Positions 9,843 through 22,200 of a stretch of DNA of 64,000 nucleotides are shown in pieces (within the stretch, counting starts at the first letter, position 1; every line of letters starts with the position of its first letter). The position numbers and the translations under genes were made by a program. The notes under the pieces are model-generated. The model was not told the origin of the DNA. It did not search any database and saw only the letters and a list, made by a program, of their open reading frames with translations. Source of the DNA: Ignavibacteria bacterium (GTDB lineage: Bacteria > Bacteroidota > Ignavibacteria > Kapaibacteriales > Kapaibacteriaceae); assembly GCA_947495975.1 (NCBI GenBank), contig CANMBE010000002.1, positions 89,192-153,191 of the forward strand. Reading direction: 5' to 3'.

Positions 9843-12017
9843 TTATACAAGTCCCCTTCTTTTCCTCAAGAACCACTCGAGTGAAAAGGCCAGAATGCCA
9901 AGTACAATCAACCACGGCAAATGGTACAAAGGAAACTCTCGCTCAGAGGTTTTCGCTACTGGACGAAGCCTTGGGTCTGCCCGTATAAGACGCACGAGCT
10001 CATCAACTCCAGATGTGGACACAACGATGCCTCCAGTGCGCTGTGCAAGCACTTGCAATAGCGAAACATTACACGTTGACGCTCCTTCTTCAAGTCCGAG
10101 TTCTCCAACAGTGAATCTCCCTTTGTCGATCCCAATTTGAGCACCTCTGCTTGTAACAGCGCCAGTAAATGAATAGTCACCGGGAACGAGCGCCCCTACA
10201 TCAAAACTATACCGTCCACTACCCTGACCAGTCATAATGATATCTCTCCGGCTCGAGGGTCCATCAAGCGTAATCTTTATCTCAGCATCATCAACCGAAG
10301 CAAACGTCTGGTCTTGAACTGATGCAATAAAGCCAACACGCTCGCCCGATGCGTAGAATGGGTGCGTTGATCGAATTCGAACTCGTTTTGCATCGTCTCG
10401 TACGCTAAGCCATTTGAGTGCGTTCCCCATGAAAGTTTCAAGCACATCAATTGGCTTCGATCCCCTCGAGATTGTTGGACCCTCACCAAGCAGTTTCCAA
10501 CGATAGATTCCATATCCAAGGAGAGCTATTGAGCGGACATTCCCCTCTTCGCATTTCATGATAAGGGGCTCATCTAGCGGCGCGTTACCTACCCGTATAG
10601 TCGCAAGCGTAACTGACCCCGCAGTGGGCTCCACAAACGTTTCTGTGCGATAGATTGGTGGCAGATTGTTCCACAATTCTGCATCGGTCTCCGAACCACT
10701 GAGCTTGATGATAGGGTCTGCCGTGGCTCCTCTTGCAACATCGGGCGACACTAAAAATTCTTGCGGACGAGAACCACCTACCCGAAACGGTAATATGCGT
10801 TCGAATGGTCCGAGTCTTGTGTAATCTGTCTGAAGCGATGGCATGAAGAAAAGCGACCTACCCTTTGAGCACGCTGCAGCAATTCGATCAATTACATCAC
10901 GTGACGATGATTGTGTAGGGAAGCCGATGAGCACTACTGCCTCTACGTCATCTAGGCCATTTGCTGGAATAGCCCCTTCATAAAACTCAGATCCTTCTTT
11001 TTGGATATAGGTCTGAATTGTTACTGAAGGATCATGAGAAAGTGCAGTCTTTACAAACGTCACATCCGGGCTAGGTGCACCGGCAACCAGCAATACTCTA
11101 CGCTTGTCTTTGCGGACGGTCACAAAGTCTTGAACAAGGTTGTTACGTGTGGTGAACTCACCATCCACCGGTACGATGCGCGCACCTACCTTGCGAATTC
11201 CATCAACTCGTGGTGTCCACACAAACGTGACAGATTGTTTTTCAGCTCCACGTCGGATTGGTACGCGAGCACGCTGTACCTCAGTACCGTTGTCTTCTAA
11301 GATTACATCAACCTCTCTATCATCCATGTTTGCTTGTCTGATCTCAACGTTTACAGGAAGGGGCTCACCAACAACAGCAATTCCATTGACAAGAATGCTG
11401 GCAGCTTGCAGATCGCGCGGAGGAACTGTGTCTCCAACTGCTATGGAATACACACCCAAGCCAGATCGCTCAGCTACGTGAACTGGCACATCCTCTGTAT
11501 TGTGATTACCATCGGTAACGAGGATGATGGCACCATAGGCGTCATCGAAAGATTGGTTGGAGATGCCATTTATTGCGTGTGCAATGTCAGTTCGGAATCC
11601 ATTGAACTGCAATGAATCAACGCTCGCAGATCCATATTCCCGAAGGCCTTCATCAAAAGTGTAAACATCGGCTACACCAGATAACGCATTCTGCAATTGC
11701 AGTACCGCCGTCCGAGCATGTGCGCCTCTATCGCCGGATTTGTCCGTGATCAACATGGAACGTGAGACATCCACAGCAATCGCTACCTTCACTACAGATG
11801 TTTCACTACGAACAATTCGAAGGAGCGGTTCAAAGAGGAGCAGCACAAGGCAGGCAATGCCAATTGTGCGTAGCAAAATGAGTGCTACTCGTGTTCTCGA
11901 TTCTAACGGAGGATTCGTGCGCCGGTAGGTAACAATTGCAAGTGTTGCTGCTGCCAGGATACAAAGGACATATACCCACCATGGACCGGCTGCAAGATCA
12001 AATCGGAATTGCTCCAT
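9843..12017 (-). CDS. membrane-anchored von Willebrand factor A domain protein, Bat-like: N-terminal double TM, C-terminal TM
   Basis: N-terminal two-TM segment, vWA MIDAS motifs (AVDVSRSM, VTDG) and a C-terminal hydrophobic anchor LPWLIVLGILAFSLEWFLRKRR. Confidence 0.5.
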   Translation of the reverse strand: MEQFRFDLAAGPWWVYVLCILAAATLAIVTYRRTNPPLESRTRVALILLRTIGIACLVLLLFEPLLRIVRSETSVVKVAIAVDVSRSMLITDKSGDRGAHARTAVLQLQNALSGVADVYTFDEGLREYGSASVDSLQFNGFRTDIAHAINGISNQSFDDAYGAIILVTDGNHNTEDVPVHVAERSGLGVYSIAVGDTVPPRDLQAASILVNGIAVVGEPLPVNVEIRQANMDDREVDVILEDNGTEVQRARVPIRRGAEKQSVTFVWTPRVDGIRKVGARIVPVDGEFTTRNNLVQDFVTVRKDKRRVLLVAGAPSPDVTFVKTALSHDPSVTIQTYIQKEGSEFYEGAIPANGLDDVEAVVLIGFPTQSSSRDVIDRIAAACSKGRSLFFMPSLQTDYTRLGPFERILPFRVGGSRPQEFLVSPDVARGATADPIIKLSGSETDAELWNNLPPIYRTETFVEPTAGSVTLATIRVGNAPLDEPLIMKCEEGNVRSIALLGYGIYRWKLLGEGPTISRGSKPIDVLETFMGNALKWLSVRDDAKRVRIRSTHPFYASGERVGFIASVQDQTFASVDDAEIKITLDGPSSRRDIIMTGQGSGRYSFDVGALVPGDYSFTGAVTSRGAQIGIDKGRFTVGELGLEEGASTCNVSLLQVLAQRTGGIVVSTSGVDELVRLIRADPRLRPVAKTSEREFPLYHLPWLIVLGILAFSLEWFLRKRRGLV

Positions 12018-12059
12018 GAACACGTACCACTAAAGTCGATGAAGAAGGAGAGCGTAAGC

Positions 12060-12788
12060 CTATCGTGCTGAAGAAGTCAGGAGCAGCACAGTACTTTGAG
12101 AAACCAATACACTTGTGACGTAGAAAAATGCCACTTCTTCCCATGGCAAGATATTAGCGACTTTATGCCCTGTAATCTGGCGCTTATCGAAGAACCAAAT
12201 CCCTTTGCGCACAGCCCATAGGTCAGACAGCGTCAGAATACTACCAATGGCGAAAGTTGCAAGCAAGATTACCTGCAACTGTGGCCATAAGATCGGCCAC
12301 CCAAAGACCCATTGCAAGAGGATTATTGGGCCGAACCAAAAGAAGAGGTGCCACGCATATGTTACATGTGGTCTTGAGGAGCGCCACGTGCGCGAAACTA
12401 ATCCAACAAATAGCCACATGGCAATTGTTACAACGATGAGTGTCACTGATAATGGACTGAAGTCTCCTTGCTCCGCTGACTGTCCAGGAAGCCAGGCAGC
12501 AATCGCCGCGGTTAACAGACCAACCTGCACGGTTTGAATCACGAAGAAAAAAATTTCTTCGACCGGTAAAAAGGCAATTCGGAACCATACTCTGTCCGGT
12601 GGGAAGTCCCATATTCCTCTGGATACTGCCCAATTATCCCAAGGAAACGTAAAGGCAACTACTACTACGCAAAGGCAAGCAATTGGGATGAGCGTTGAAA
12701 GGGGCTGGCCACACATAATCCAGAAGATTGCACAGGCTGCAACTAAAGGTATGGTCCATCGAAGGTGAAATTCTCGGTACGACGTCAT
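12060..12788 (-). CDS. fused lycopene cyclase-domain protein (CrtYcd type)
   Basis: Polytopic membrane protein with two PxEE(x)FF lycopene-cyclase-domain motifs (FLPVEEIFFF and ILPWEEVAFFY). Confidence 0.55.
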   Translation of the reverse strand: MTSYREFHLRWTIPLVAACAIFWIMCGQPLSTLIPIACLCVVVVAFTFPWDNWAVSRGIWDFPPDRVWFRIAFLPVEEIFFFVIQTVQVGLLTAAIAAWLPGQSAEQGDFSPLSVTLIVVTIAMWLFVGLVSRTWRSSRPHVTYAWHLFFWFGPIILLQWVFGWPILWPQLQVILLATFAIGSILTLSDLWAVRKGIWFFDKRQITGHKVANILPWEEVAFFYVTSVLVSQSTVLLLTSSAR

Positions 12789-12970
12789 GACGTCCGTTTC
12801 ACGTCTGCAGATTGCTCTATACAGGAGGCAAACGGCAGCTCTACATTAGGCGTATAATCATCAAATAGGAGAATTGGCGTAATAGAGTCAATGACTGAGC
12901 GTGGATTCCGCCGAATATCCAATTCTGCTATACGAGGCAGGTCTTGATATGGTATGTGGATCGTCTTCAT
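12785..12970 (-). CDS. small hypothetical protein (61 aa), translationally coupled
   Basis: Its start codon directly abuts the upstream stop (TAAATG on the coding strand). Its stop overlaps the cyclase start (ATGA). I recognise no motif. Confidence 0.35.
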   Translation of the reverse strand: MKTIHIPYQDLPRIAELDIRRNPRSVIDSITPILLFDDYTPNVELPFASCIEQSADVKRTS

Positions 12971-13918
12971 TTATTCTTCTATTCTGACCGCAACACTTAC
13001 ACGATGCAACAGAACGGAAGCTCCAATAGAGCTCAATGCATAATCAAAATCAAGCGAGGGCAGCGCTATACCAATACCTGCGCTCAGTCCAGTCAATTGT
13101 GTTGCTACATTCACGCCGCTCGTATTGCGAGTAGCATTATCGTACCCAACACGGACTTGAATCACCTTACCGAGATACAACTCTCCGCCAACTGAGAAAT
13201 TAAGGAATCTGTCAAAAAAAGACGGTACGTCGTCCGTTAGATGATTCAATGAAACGTTCACAAGTAATGGAAGACCGCGCAACCTATGATTCACACCCAA
13301 ACGCATATCTAACGGCAGCGCATCGGACGTTCCATCATATGTGGATAGTTGGGTACCGATATTGATCACACTAACACCAAGATTTGTGCGGCTTGCCGGG
13401 AAACGAAAGAGAAGACCTGCATCCAAAGCAATTGCCGTTGATGCCATATCGTCCAAGCTCGAATGCAACACCTTGGCTGTTACGCCATAGGTAATGAGCG
13501 TATCCAACTCGCGTGCAAATGAAACTCCTAAGACCACATCACTAGCACCAAATGTACCAGTTACGATTCCTTCGTGATTGGCGCGATCAAAAGCCCCATA
13601 ACTAGTAAATGAAGCTGTAACAGCGAAAGTACCTACGTCCTCAATTTCTTGATTGTATGTGGCATAGCCAGCATTTATATCGAGAGCATATTTTATAAAC
13701 GTTCCGGCAATTTTTCGGTGTTCAAGTGTTGGCAACACGGCAGGGTTGAGAACAACATTTGATGGATCGTTTGGCATCGAAACCGTGGAGCCCCCTAGCC
13801 CAGCCATGCGAGCGCTGACCATACTCCGAAGGAACGGGAAGATTGTTGCCTGTTGCGCACGTGCCTGGATAGGGACGAGCACTACAGCACATGCGAGTAT
13901 GAGGCGGGTAAACTTCAT
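12971..13918 (-). CDS. T9SS-associated outer-membrane beta-barrel, PorV/PorQ (PorP/SprF-like) family
   Basis: Signal peptide, then SARMAGLGGSTVSMPNDPSNVVLNPAVL, which resembles the PorV/PorQ N-terminal signature (MGGA...NPA). About 300 aa and rich in beta-strands. Confidence 0.45.
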   Translation of the reverse strand: MKFTRLILACAVVLVPIQARAQQATIFPFLRSMVSARMAGLGGSTVSMPNDPSNVVLNPAVLPTLEHRKIAGTFIKYALDINAGYATYNQEIEDVGTFAVTASFTSYGAFDRANHEGIVTGTFGASDVVLGVSFARELDTLITYGVTAKVLHSSLDDMASTAIALDAGLLFRFPASRTNLGVSVINIGTQLSTYDGTSDALPLDMRLGVNHRLRGLPLLVNVSLNHLTDDVPSFFDRFLNFSVGGELYLGKVIQVRVGYDNATRNTSGVNVATQLTGLSAGIGIALPSLDFDYALSSIGASVLLHRVSVAVRIEE

Positions 13919-14340
13919 GCACCTAGTGGTTGATTGTACGATGTCATGGCATCAAAAAACCGTTGCGGCGGCCGAACTGGTTTAAAGCCGCTCGCAGATA
14001 CAAAAGTGTGACGTGTCCACCCTCTGGCGAGTGTGTCATTATTTCGGCGAATTTCATATCTCAGAACAATTACCGCTGAGTGCTCAATTTCATAACTCGT
14101 AACAATGTCCAAGACATCGTCATATCGAGCCGGCAGAATGTACTCTGCATGTGCCTCGAGCACTGGAAGTAGGTAGCCTTCACGTTCAAGTTCAACGTAT
14201 GGAAGGCCGGCAGATCTCAACAACTCTGTACGACCAATCTCAAAGAGACGCATATAATTACCATAATAGACCACACCCATTTTATCTGTGTCGCTGTACC
14301 TGACTCGATATGAGGTGAGATGAACTATACCAGAATTCAC
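13915..14340 (-). CDS. acyl-CoA thioesterase, YbgC/4HBT family
   Basis: YRVRYSDTDKMGVVYYGNYMRLFEIGRTELLRSAG hotdog motif. Confidence 0.75.
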   Translation of the reverse strand: MNSGIVHLTSYRVRYSDTDKMGVVYYGNYMRLFEIGRTELLRSAGLPYVELEREGYLLPVLEAHAEYILPARYDDVLDIVTSYEIEHSAVIVLRYEIRRNNDTLARGWTRHTFVSASGFKPVRPPQRFFDAMTSYNQPLGA

Positions 14341-15305
14341 CGTGTGCTATCCTGAGAATTCATAGATAACATCATTTCTAAAAGTCGTTCTAATTCTTCT
14401 AAGGAGAAGAAATCAATTTCAACCGATCCCGATTCATCGTTCTTCAAGCGAACTCGTACCTGCGTTGCAAAGAGATGTCGCAACGAATTTTCGATATCTG
14501 AAAGCGACGACGACGGATCATTCTTTGCAATTGATCGAGATCTGGTAGCACTACCAGATGTTGATTTGATCTCACCGCCCTTCGCGAGCTCCTTGCGTCC
14601 TAGTTCAAGATCCTTCACTAATGCTTCGGTCTTTCGTACGGACAGTTCGCGCTTAATAATTTCTCGCAAAACAACGAGCTGTGCCATATCCGATGACAGC
14701 GCAAGCAATGCCCTGGCATGTCCCATGGTTATGCGACGTGTACGTAGCGCAGATTGCGCATCTGGAGGGAGTTTTAAGAGTCGAAGAAAATTTGAAACAG
14801 TGCTCCGGTCCTTGCCTACTTTCACAGCAACGTCTTCTTGCTTCAAATTGCATTCTTCGATCAATCGCTGATACCCCATCGCTACTTCTAAAGGATTAAG
14901 ATCTTCACGCTGTAGGTTTTCAACGAGAGCAATCTCAAGCATCTGGGCATCTGATCCAACGTTGATCACATAGGCCGGAATTGTTGTAAGCCCCGCCATC
15001 TTGGACGCTCGCAAACGCCTCTCGCCACTAATGAGTTCAAAACCATCAAAATGCGGACGCACTGTAATCGGAGTAATGACTCCATGAACAGCGATCGATC
15101 GTGCGAGTTCCTGGAGAGCCCCTTCATCAAAGTGGTGACGAGGTTGCACAGGATTTGTACTGATGCGCTCAATATCAATCTGGGCAACGCCCAGCCCTTC
15201 GCCGGAAGAATCGGCAAGAAGTTGTTGTGCTGTTGATTCAGGCCGAAGGAGTTCCTTCGGAATGAGGGCTCCAATTCCTTTTCCAAGTCCTAACCCTTGC
15301 TTCAC
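14337..15305 (-). CDS. parB: chromosome partitioning protein ParB/Spo0J
   Basis: Matches the conserved ParB box (GERRLRAS) followed by an HTH region. Confidence 0.9.
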   Translation of the reverse strand: MKQGLGLGKGIGALIPKELLRPESTAQQLLADSSGEGLGVAQIDIERISTNPVQPRHHFDEGALQELARSIAVHGVITPITVRPHFDGFELISGERRLRASKMAGLTTIPAYVINVGSDAQMLEIALVENLQREDLNPLEVAMGYQRLIEECNLKQEDVAVKVGKDRSTVSNFLRLLKLPPDAQSALRTRRITMGHARALLALSSDMAQLVVLREIIKRELSVRKTEALVKDLELGRKELAKGGEIKSTSGSATRSRSIAKNDPSSSLSDIENSLRHLFATQVRVRLKNDESGSVEIDFFSLEELERLLEMMLSMNSQDSTR

Positions 15306-15320
15306 GTTTTCGTCCTTCCG

Positions 15321-16109
15321 TTACTCAGCTACTGCGCCAGGAATCACACCATTTTTTGTGAGGATTTCAGTTGCAAGTTCGAGATAGTTCTGTGCACCGA
15401 TACTAGATGCGTCGTAGAGAAGCGCGGGCTTACCATGACTTGGCGCTTCTGATAACCGGACATTTCGTGATATCACCGTCCTACAAGCCTTGTCTTCGAA
15501 ATGTCTGCGCACTTCATCAACCACTTGATTTGAGAGTCGAAGACGCGAATCATACATCGTTAGAAGCACGCCCTCAATCTCAAGATTTGGATTTGTTGTT
15601 CGGCGAACTATTGAAATTGTATTCAGGAGTTGACCCAGACCTTCGAGAGCATAGAACTCGCATTGAACTGGAACCAATACCGAATCTGCCGCAGTCAAAG
15701 AGTTTAGTGTCAATAGTCCAAGTGATGGCGGACAATCAATAATGACAAAGTCATATTCATCTTTTATCGTATCAAGCACTTTCTTGAGAAGATGTTCTCT
15801 GCGTGGTGCATCAACAAGTTCAATCTCTGCACCAACAAGGTTGATATGCGATGGAATGAGATTCAAGAAAGGCATTTGAGTGGGCACTACCACCGAATGA
15901 ATCCCAAGACCGTTGACGAGCACTTCATAGATCGTTCGATCTAACTGCGCTGTTTCAACACCAAATCCGTGTGATGCGTTTGCTTGTGGGTCAATGTCAA
16001 TCAGCAGTGTCTTCTGTTCCGCAGCGGCTAACGACGCTGCAAGATTTACGGCTGTTGTGGTCTTTCCTACTCCACCTTTTTGGTTGGCGACCGCTATAAT
16101 CTTGCCCAT
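15321..16109 (-). CDS. parA: chromosome partitioning ATPase ParA/Soj
   Basis: Deviant Walker A motif [18 protein letters not shown]. Confidence 0.9.
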   Translation of the reverse strand: MGKIIAVANQKGGVGKTTTAVNLAASLAAAEQKTLLIDIDPQANASHGFGVETAQLDRTIYEVLVNGLGIHSVVVPTQMPFLNLIPSHINLVGAEIELVDAPRREHLLKKVLDTIKDEYDFVIIDCPPSLGLLTLNSLTAADSVLVPVQCEFYALEGLGQLLNTISIVRRTTNPNLEIEGVLLTMYDSRLRLSNQVVDEVRRHFEDKACRTVISRNVRLSEAPSHGKPALLYDASSIGAQNYLELATEILTKNGVIPGAVAE

Positions 16110-16159
16110 GTCTATCGGACTCCCTCGACGCTACGGTGACTGGTTCTCTTTTGGCTGGA

Positions 16160-16172
16160 TACAAAGGTACGA
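16160..16172 (-). promoter_or_regulatory. candidate Bacteroidetes-type -7 promoter element (TACCTTTG on the coding strand) about 50 nt upstream of parA
   Basis: The TAnnTTTG consensus is matched on the minus strand. Two TTGTTTC(C)ATG direct repeats lie next to it (16180-16209). Confidence 0.2.
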
Positions 16173-16217
16173 ACGCCTTTTGTTTCCATGACGAGCTTGT
16201 TTCATGCACGTTCCACG

Positions 16218-19200
16218 CTACTTACCCCCTGAGATAGAGAGGCGGATGTCTAGACCCACCTGGGTGGTACTGAAACCGGGATTTGCCGCTCCTTCGCTGA
16301 AATTCCCCTCATACCGAAAGAAGGCCGATGCCGTAACGCGATTGCTAATAGTGTAGCGGGCACGGGGCTCAATGATGATCTGAGTAGTGCCGGTAACAAG
16401 GGATCCATCTGGGCCCTTGTACTCGAGTATGTCATATTGCGCCCGGAGACTCTTGCGGACTTGAGCGTTAAATGTGAACTCTAGATCATTCTGAAGGTCC
16501 AAACCAAAGATCTTCAATGTTACACCACGCCGTAAATACGAAGCCTGAATCTGCATCTCATGGGAAGTCTCTCGCGAAATAGTTGATCGTGCCGAGGAAT
16601 TCAATCCATGCGTAGTTGTGACGCTATAGCGCGCCGTGGCGGTTAGGAGACCATTAAGCTTGCGTTCATCAAACGCTAAATTGAGTCCAATGAGCGGCGT
16701 GAATCCGGACTTCACTTGCTGAACTTCAACAAACCTACCATTGTCATTAATTCGAGCGTTTTCAGTGTACGTAGATTGATACGAATGCTCTAAGAATATT
16801 CGTTGTGCAATGCCTCGGAACGGTCCAATTTTTTCAATGCCATCCCAACGCAGCGTCCAATTTATCGCAGGCATAATTCGACTGATCTCACTTATAAAGG
16901 GCGATAGTGATTCAAATCCTTCACGGAAGGAAGTTGACAATGCCTCTAATAATCTGGCGCTACGAGTGGTAGTATCTGGATCGGCTTCAATCACCGCTTT
17001 GCGTTCATTGTACAAGGTGATCACTGATTCAACATTATCACCAAATAATCCAAAAGGCATATCAGGAAAGCTTATGAAGCTCCGCTCAACTGTCTGTCTC
17101 TTGATGACATTTGTAAACGTGGGAGTCCCTGCCGCATCAGTAATGACACGCTGATTTCTGCTATAACCAACATCCGTGCGCATGTTGAGATCAAGCGTTG
17201 CGCCTGGCCACAAAGGACGATTTGTCTGAAACTGGAAATTTGACTTCTGGTTGTAGTCATCCTGCATCACAGCATTTGCCGGACGTTTGCCCTCGGTTGT
17301 CTCAAATCGAAAGAATGGGAAGGCTGAACTAGTTGCAAGATTAATCCCGCCGTGTGGGTTAGAGATAAGTCCTAACTGATATGCCGTGCTTGGACCCCAG
17401 GTAGGATCATTATCGCGGAACGTTAATGAACGTGCCCAAAGGTTTGTAAATCCATTACCGCCCAAAACACCATTGTTTACTGCAGTATTTGTTTGGTTAA
17501 ATGTGAACGTAAAGTTTTCGAATCCAAAGAACAACTCTTGAAGAATTGAGCCAATATCATCGGCACCTTTCTTTGATGCACCAAAGATTTCTGAACCAAA
17601 CTGTCGCCAACGAAACACGGGACTCAATCGCATGTTTGAGAGATATCTACCCGTTCGGACAACATCACGTTGTGCAGGATCAGGTTGCAATGGGTCAACA
17701 ATACCATAAACAACATTGTATGATCCGGTTGTCTCAAGAAGTCGATTTAAGCCCCATATCTCCGGCAGTTTAGGGCGAATGGAGATTGTTACTGTCTGAT
17801 TATAGACGTTATCGCTACCAAAATTGAAAAGTGCACCTTTGGATAAGAACATTTCATCAACAATCTGCCCCCCGGTACGCTGCCTACCATTAGCATCTAG
17901 TTCAAAGGGGACAAGTGTTGAGAATGAGGTGACCTTATAATCCAGTACTGGACTTAAGAATCCATTTTCAACAATTCGCCAGTTGAATCCAAATGCCTTT
18001 TCAGCAATAAACTCACGAATGATCGGACTTGGTTGTGACAGATAGCGCGACTGTTCCGTTGTGCGCGCACGTGTCATCCCAATATTCGCTGTAATTGTCT
18101 GCGGCAGAAAGTTGATTTTCATATCCTTGTATGCCTTCAACGCAAACACATCGGCAAGGAACTTGAAGGGGCTAACGTCATACTTTGCTGGCAACGTTAC
18201 CGCATAATCGAGCCGGAATCTCCAGCGCCAATCAAATCGCTGTTGCACAACCTGAGATCTCTCAAACTCTTGTGCATATGAAAAGTTGAACGTCAACTTG
18301 TTAAAGGTATCATCTATGTACCACGCCTTTGATGGGATTCCCAGTCGCATACCTGTAAGCGCCCATTGATCCTGAACACGAACTCGTTGTGAACGCGTAT
18401 ACACGTTGTTTGATGCCTGCTCTGCCGCCTGTGCAGTACCTCCCGAGGCAAGCGTAACTCTAGCAGCCGCCGCCGCTGCAGCATCGAGTTCCACATCATT
18501 CTGGGCTTGATATTTTGGTGTTTCAGCGAGTTCTGTATGTGAATATGTCACAGGAATACGTGTCTCTTTCATATCCTTCGGGAGAAATTTTTCGAGTCCA
18601 AGCTGCAGCGTTGCATTCCATGATGTGGATTGCATGCGACTACCGAATCTGTCTTCTAATCGATGATAGTTTGGAGTAGTGTGATTAATCGACGCGGTAA
18701 AATCTCCTAGGTCTGCGAGCTTTAATGTGGAGCTAGCGATTCCAGCCCAATCATTGTCATTCATTGGGTCCACTACCCGCAACTCATCCACCCACATGGT
18801 TGTAGAGAGCTCGTTTGGATATCGTTCTGCAGGATTAGCAATACCAAAACCAAAGAACGAAACACGAGTCATAATTGGGTTACCCTTTATCACATAGGTC
18901 CCTTGTGGATCACCTGGAACGGGGAATTCTTGTCGCTCATTCGTTCTCGTTGGGTCTCTGAGTTCCTTGATGGCTGTAAGATCTGCAACTACGATACGTA
19001 GGTCTTGCCAGCCCCTTAGCAGTGGTCTGCGGTATTCATAATAGTTGGCCGAGTCTACGCCGTAGCGCACAAAACAATACGCTGGTGGTGTTGACCCTTG
19101 CGTGATGCTGCTCGGCATTGTGTTGTCTCCATGAACAAAGAATGCCAGTTCCTTGTAGTAGAATAGATCCCACGGTTGGAATATTCGCGCAGCAAATCTC

Positions 19201-22200
19201 TCTTCTCCATATCGGAGGTTTCTGGCCTTTACAACCAGTGACTGCTCATTCAAATATACCTGCTGGTACGGATCGGGGTTCTGCAATTGCTGCGGTGGTT
19301 GAACACCAGGGGGCATCACATAAAAGTCAGGTGCGCTCTGGTTTTCTTCACGGTTTACGTAGGCTACTTGCAGCACTGAATCATTCGATGATATGTTTGG
19401 CTGGAATTGGTGATTCCGCAGCCAATACGAGCCAACAACACCCCAATCAGCGATCGACACTTTTACAGCACCACCCTGAAAGTGAACACGTGCATATTGA
19501 ATATTTGTAAACAACGGATTGCCAACAATCGTGTCTGGTCTGCGTACAGGAATTCGGAACTGATACCAACCAGTCGCGGGATTACCACCCACGATCTGAG
19601 GATTCGTTGATGGATTTGGGTTGAGTTGTATTTCATAACGGAAATAGCTGTTATCAAGTGAGATGGTTTGCCCATTGTTCTTATTCAGAATTTCGGTATC
19701 AGGGAATTGCCCGTTTTCGGACTGCGTTGCGTTGCCTTCATAGTTGTTGTACTGAACAAACTGTGATTCATTTTGATTCTGGCGGTCAGCAGTGAAATTA
19801 AAATTGTAGTCGTCACGTGCCGGATCACTCTCTCGATTGAGTGGGTCTGCATAGATAACACGTTCGCGATCATTCAACAACGTGTCTATACCCACATCTT
19901 CACCAACATCAATCAAATTGTTAGGGGGCGTGCGGTCCTCAGTATTAAGACGCTGATTGGGTATCACATCTTCACTTATCTGACCAAGATCAATAAACAT
20001 GCGCGAGCCCGGCTCATACGCATCGATCTTCATCATTATTTCGATGTAGTCAATGTTGTCATTGTCAAAATTTGTGTTGAAAGCTGAGAGCAAGCGCATC
20101 ATACCACCCCAAATACGATCTCGATTTGGTGCAAGGTAAGCCTGGGTTTGAGCACGCACGGTCAATGAATCAGGATCGTTCCATCGCGGGTTCCTTGCAT
20201 CGAGGAACTCTGGGTTGGGATTGTAGATTCCACGCTCTTCGGGATTGAATACCAGACGAATCGGATTAATATTCGTGCGACCCTGCACGCGCGCGCGGTT
20301 AGGATAGACATCAGATTGAGCAACGTCAGGAACAAATTTCTGATACCAAAATGTCTTGCCCTTGAATTTTACTGCCGTGGTATCATGATCCCATTTTGAC
20401 TCTTCTTTTGCAGGTGATGCATGAGACCAGACGAGTGGAGTCAAACCAAAAGAGAGATACCGCCGTGCACTTTCAAAGTCATCAACGTAAGCAACTGCCC
20501 TTCCTGCGTCGCTGGCTACGGAAGAAACACGCTTGTTGGGGGTTGGTGAAACCATGGCCCATTCGCCCGTAAATGACAGCGTCGACTTTTCCTTCGTATC
20601 TAATCCAGGGAGAGCATCAAGGGCGCTCGTTAGCCAGGGCAGCTCTGCATTGAACTTTGCATCGAAGCCCATCATGAAATTTGAATTGGGTTCCTGACCA
20701 GGCACAACACGATCAATGATTGCCGCCTGATCATAGTTCATCAGCGTCATTCCAATCGAACCGTTCATTCGCCGCTTGTTGAAAAGGATCATGTCAGCAC
20801 GAAGTCCAAGAAGTGTCCTTGTCGTGAGATTAAAAATATCGTTCTGCTCATATTCAATGTTGAGGTTTGCATTTGGTAGCGTAGCTCGTGCATTGAGCAG
20901 AGACAATGTTCCAGAATAATAGTCTACCATAAAGTCCACACCTTCGCGCAAAGGTGCTCCGTCTAACGAAACTCTAACGCTACCTGGGGCCAATTGATAC
21001 GCTAGTTGAATTCGATTGCCAGATGCCGAACCAGCCGCCTCGCCAACAATTAAGAATCGGTTCTTTGCTGTCACAAGGCGGGCTGCTGCATCAGTCGTGT
21101 CATATACTTCATTGTATACGTATTGTTCAGCTAGTTGAGCGTTACCCTTCAAAGCGAAGTATTCCCGAAGGCCTTCTCTAAAAGGCTCTAGACTTGGGAA
21201 CGTAATTTCACCCCGAAGTGAATTAAAGACGGGAGGGCGCGCATCAAACACTCCATCTGGCGGCGCAGCGCCAGTACCGTTGTTTACTTGATCGATGCGA
21301 AAGATTGTCGGGATTTTGTCAGGAGCCCCCTCCAAAACATCTGTTGAGTCATTCGTGGATCGATAATACCACATGCCGATTTTTGCGTCTTGTGGATTAA
21401 CATTCGAGACTCCAATGTTATAGATGTTGCGCATCATCCGCTTCCACAACAACGGAAATCCTGGCTGCATTTGTGGTCGCGCAATGAGCTTTAAGATCAG
21501 CGTGTCTTTTTCGTTGACATTGCTCGTGGTAAGTGTACCATGGTAGAAATCGTCGGTTACATCGAGAGTAGGACCTTCTGTTCTATACGCTACTGCGTAA
21601 TATCGATCCGTACGAAGATTGAGGATTGTAACAGTTCCAAGGTTTACGTCTACTTCGTACCTCTTGTTATCAAGCCTTGTAAATCTACCTCGCTCCACTT
21701 CGCCGGCTTTGATTGCCTGATTCTTTAGAGCGTTAGGATATCGTTGTGCAAGCAAGTACTGAAGTGGGGCGAGATCGGCGATAGCTACGGCTTCATTGGC
21801 TTGAACTTCTTGCAGATCAACCGTTGATTCCCACACTTCAATTTCCTTCACAACAACAGGGGCTGCGGCTGGCGAAAACACAGGCGTCGTTGACCGGAAA
21901 TATGATTTCCAGACAGAAAAATATGCCGTGTCGAGAAAAAAGTGATTGCGGGCATAGTCATAGGCGCGCACATTGAACGTCTGACGCGAAGAGCCGCCAC
22001 GCGCATTAATAAATTTGCGCTCGCCTCTCTTTTGTGATGCAATGGTCTTGAGGTAGAGTGGGCCAAATTGAAAGTCCGCCCTTACTCCAAATAATGTCTG
22101 TCCCCCACCAATCAGAGTGCTTTGTGTTTCAAGATTGACATTGCCGAACTCTACTTTTTTGATGATGTCGTCGTCAAATCCGTCATATCCAACCTTGAAT

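Noticed and set aside
14337-16217. Searched for a canonical parS (TGTTNCACGTGNAACA) in and around parAB
   Set aside because: Only half-site-like direct repeats were seen at 16180-16209. I found no full palindrome by eye, so no parS was annotated.
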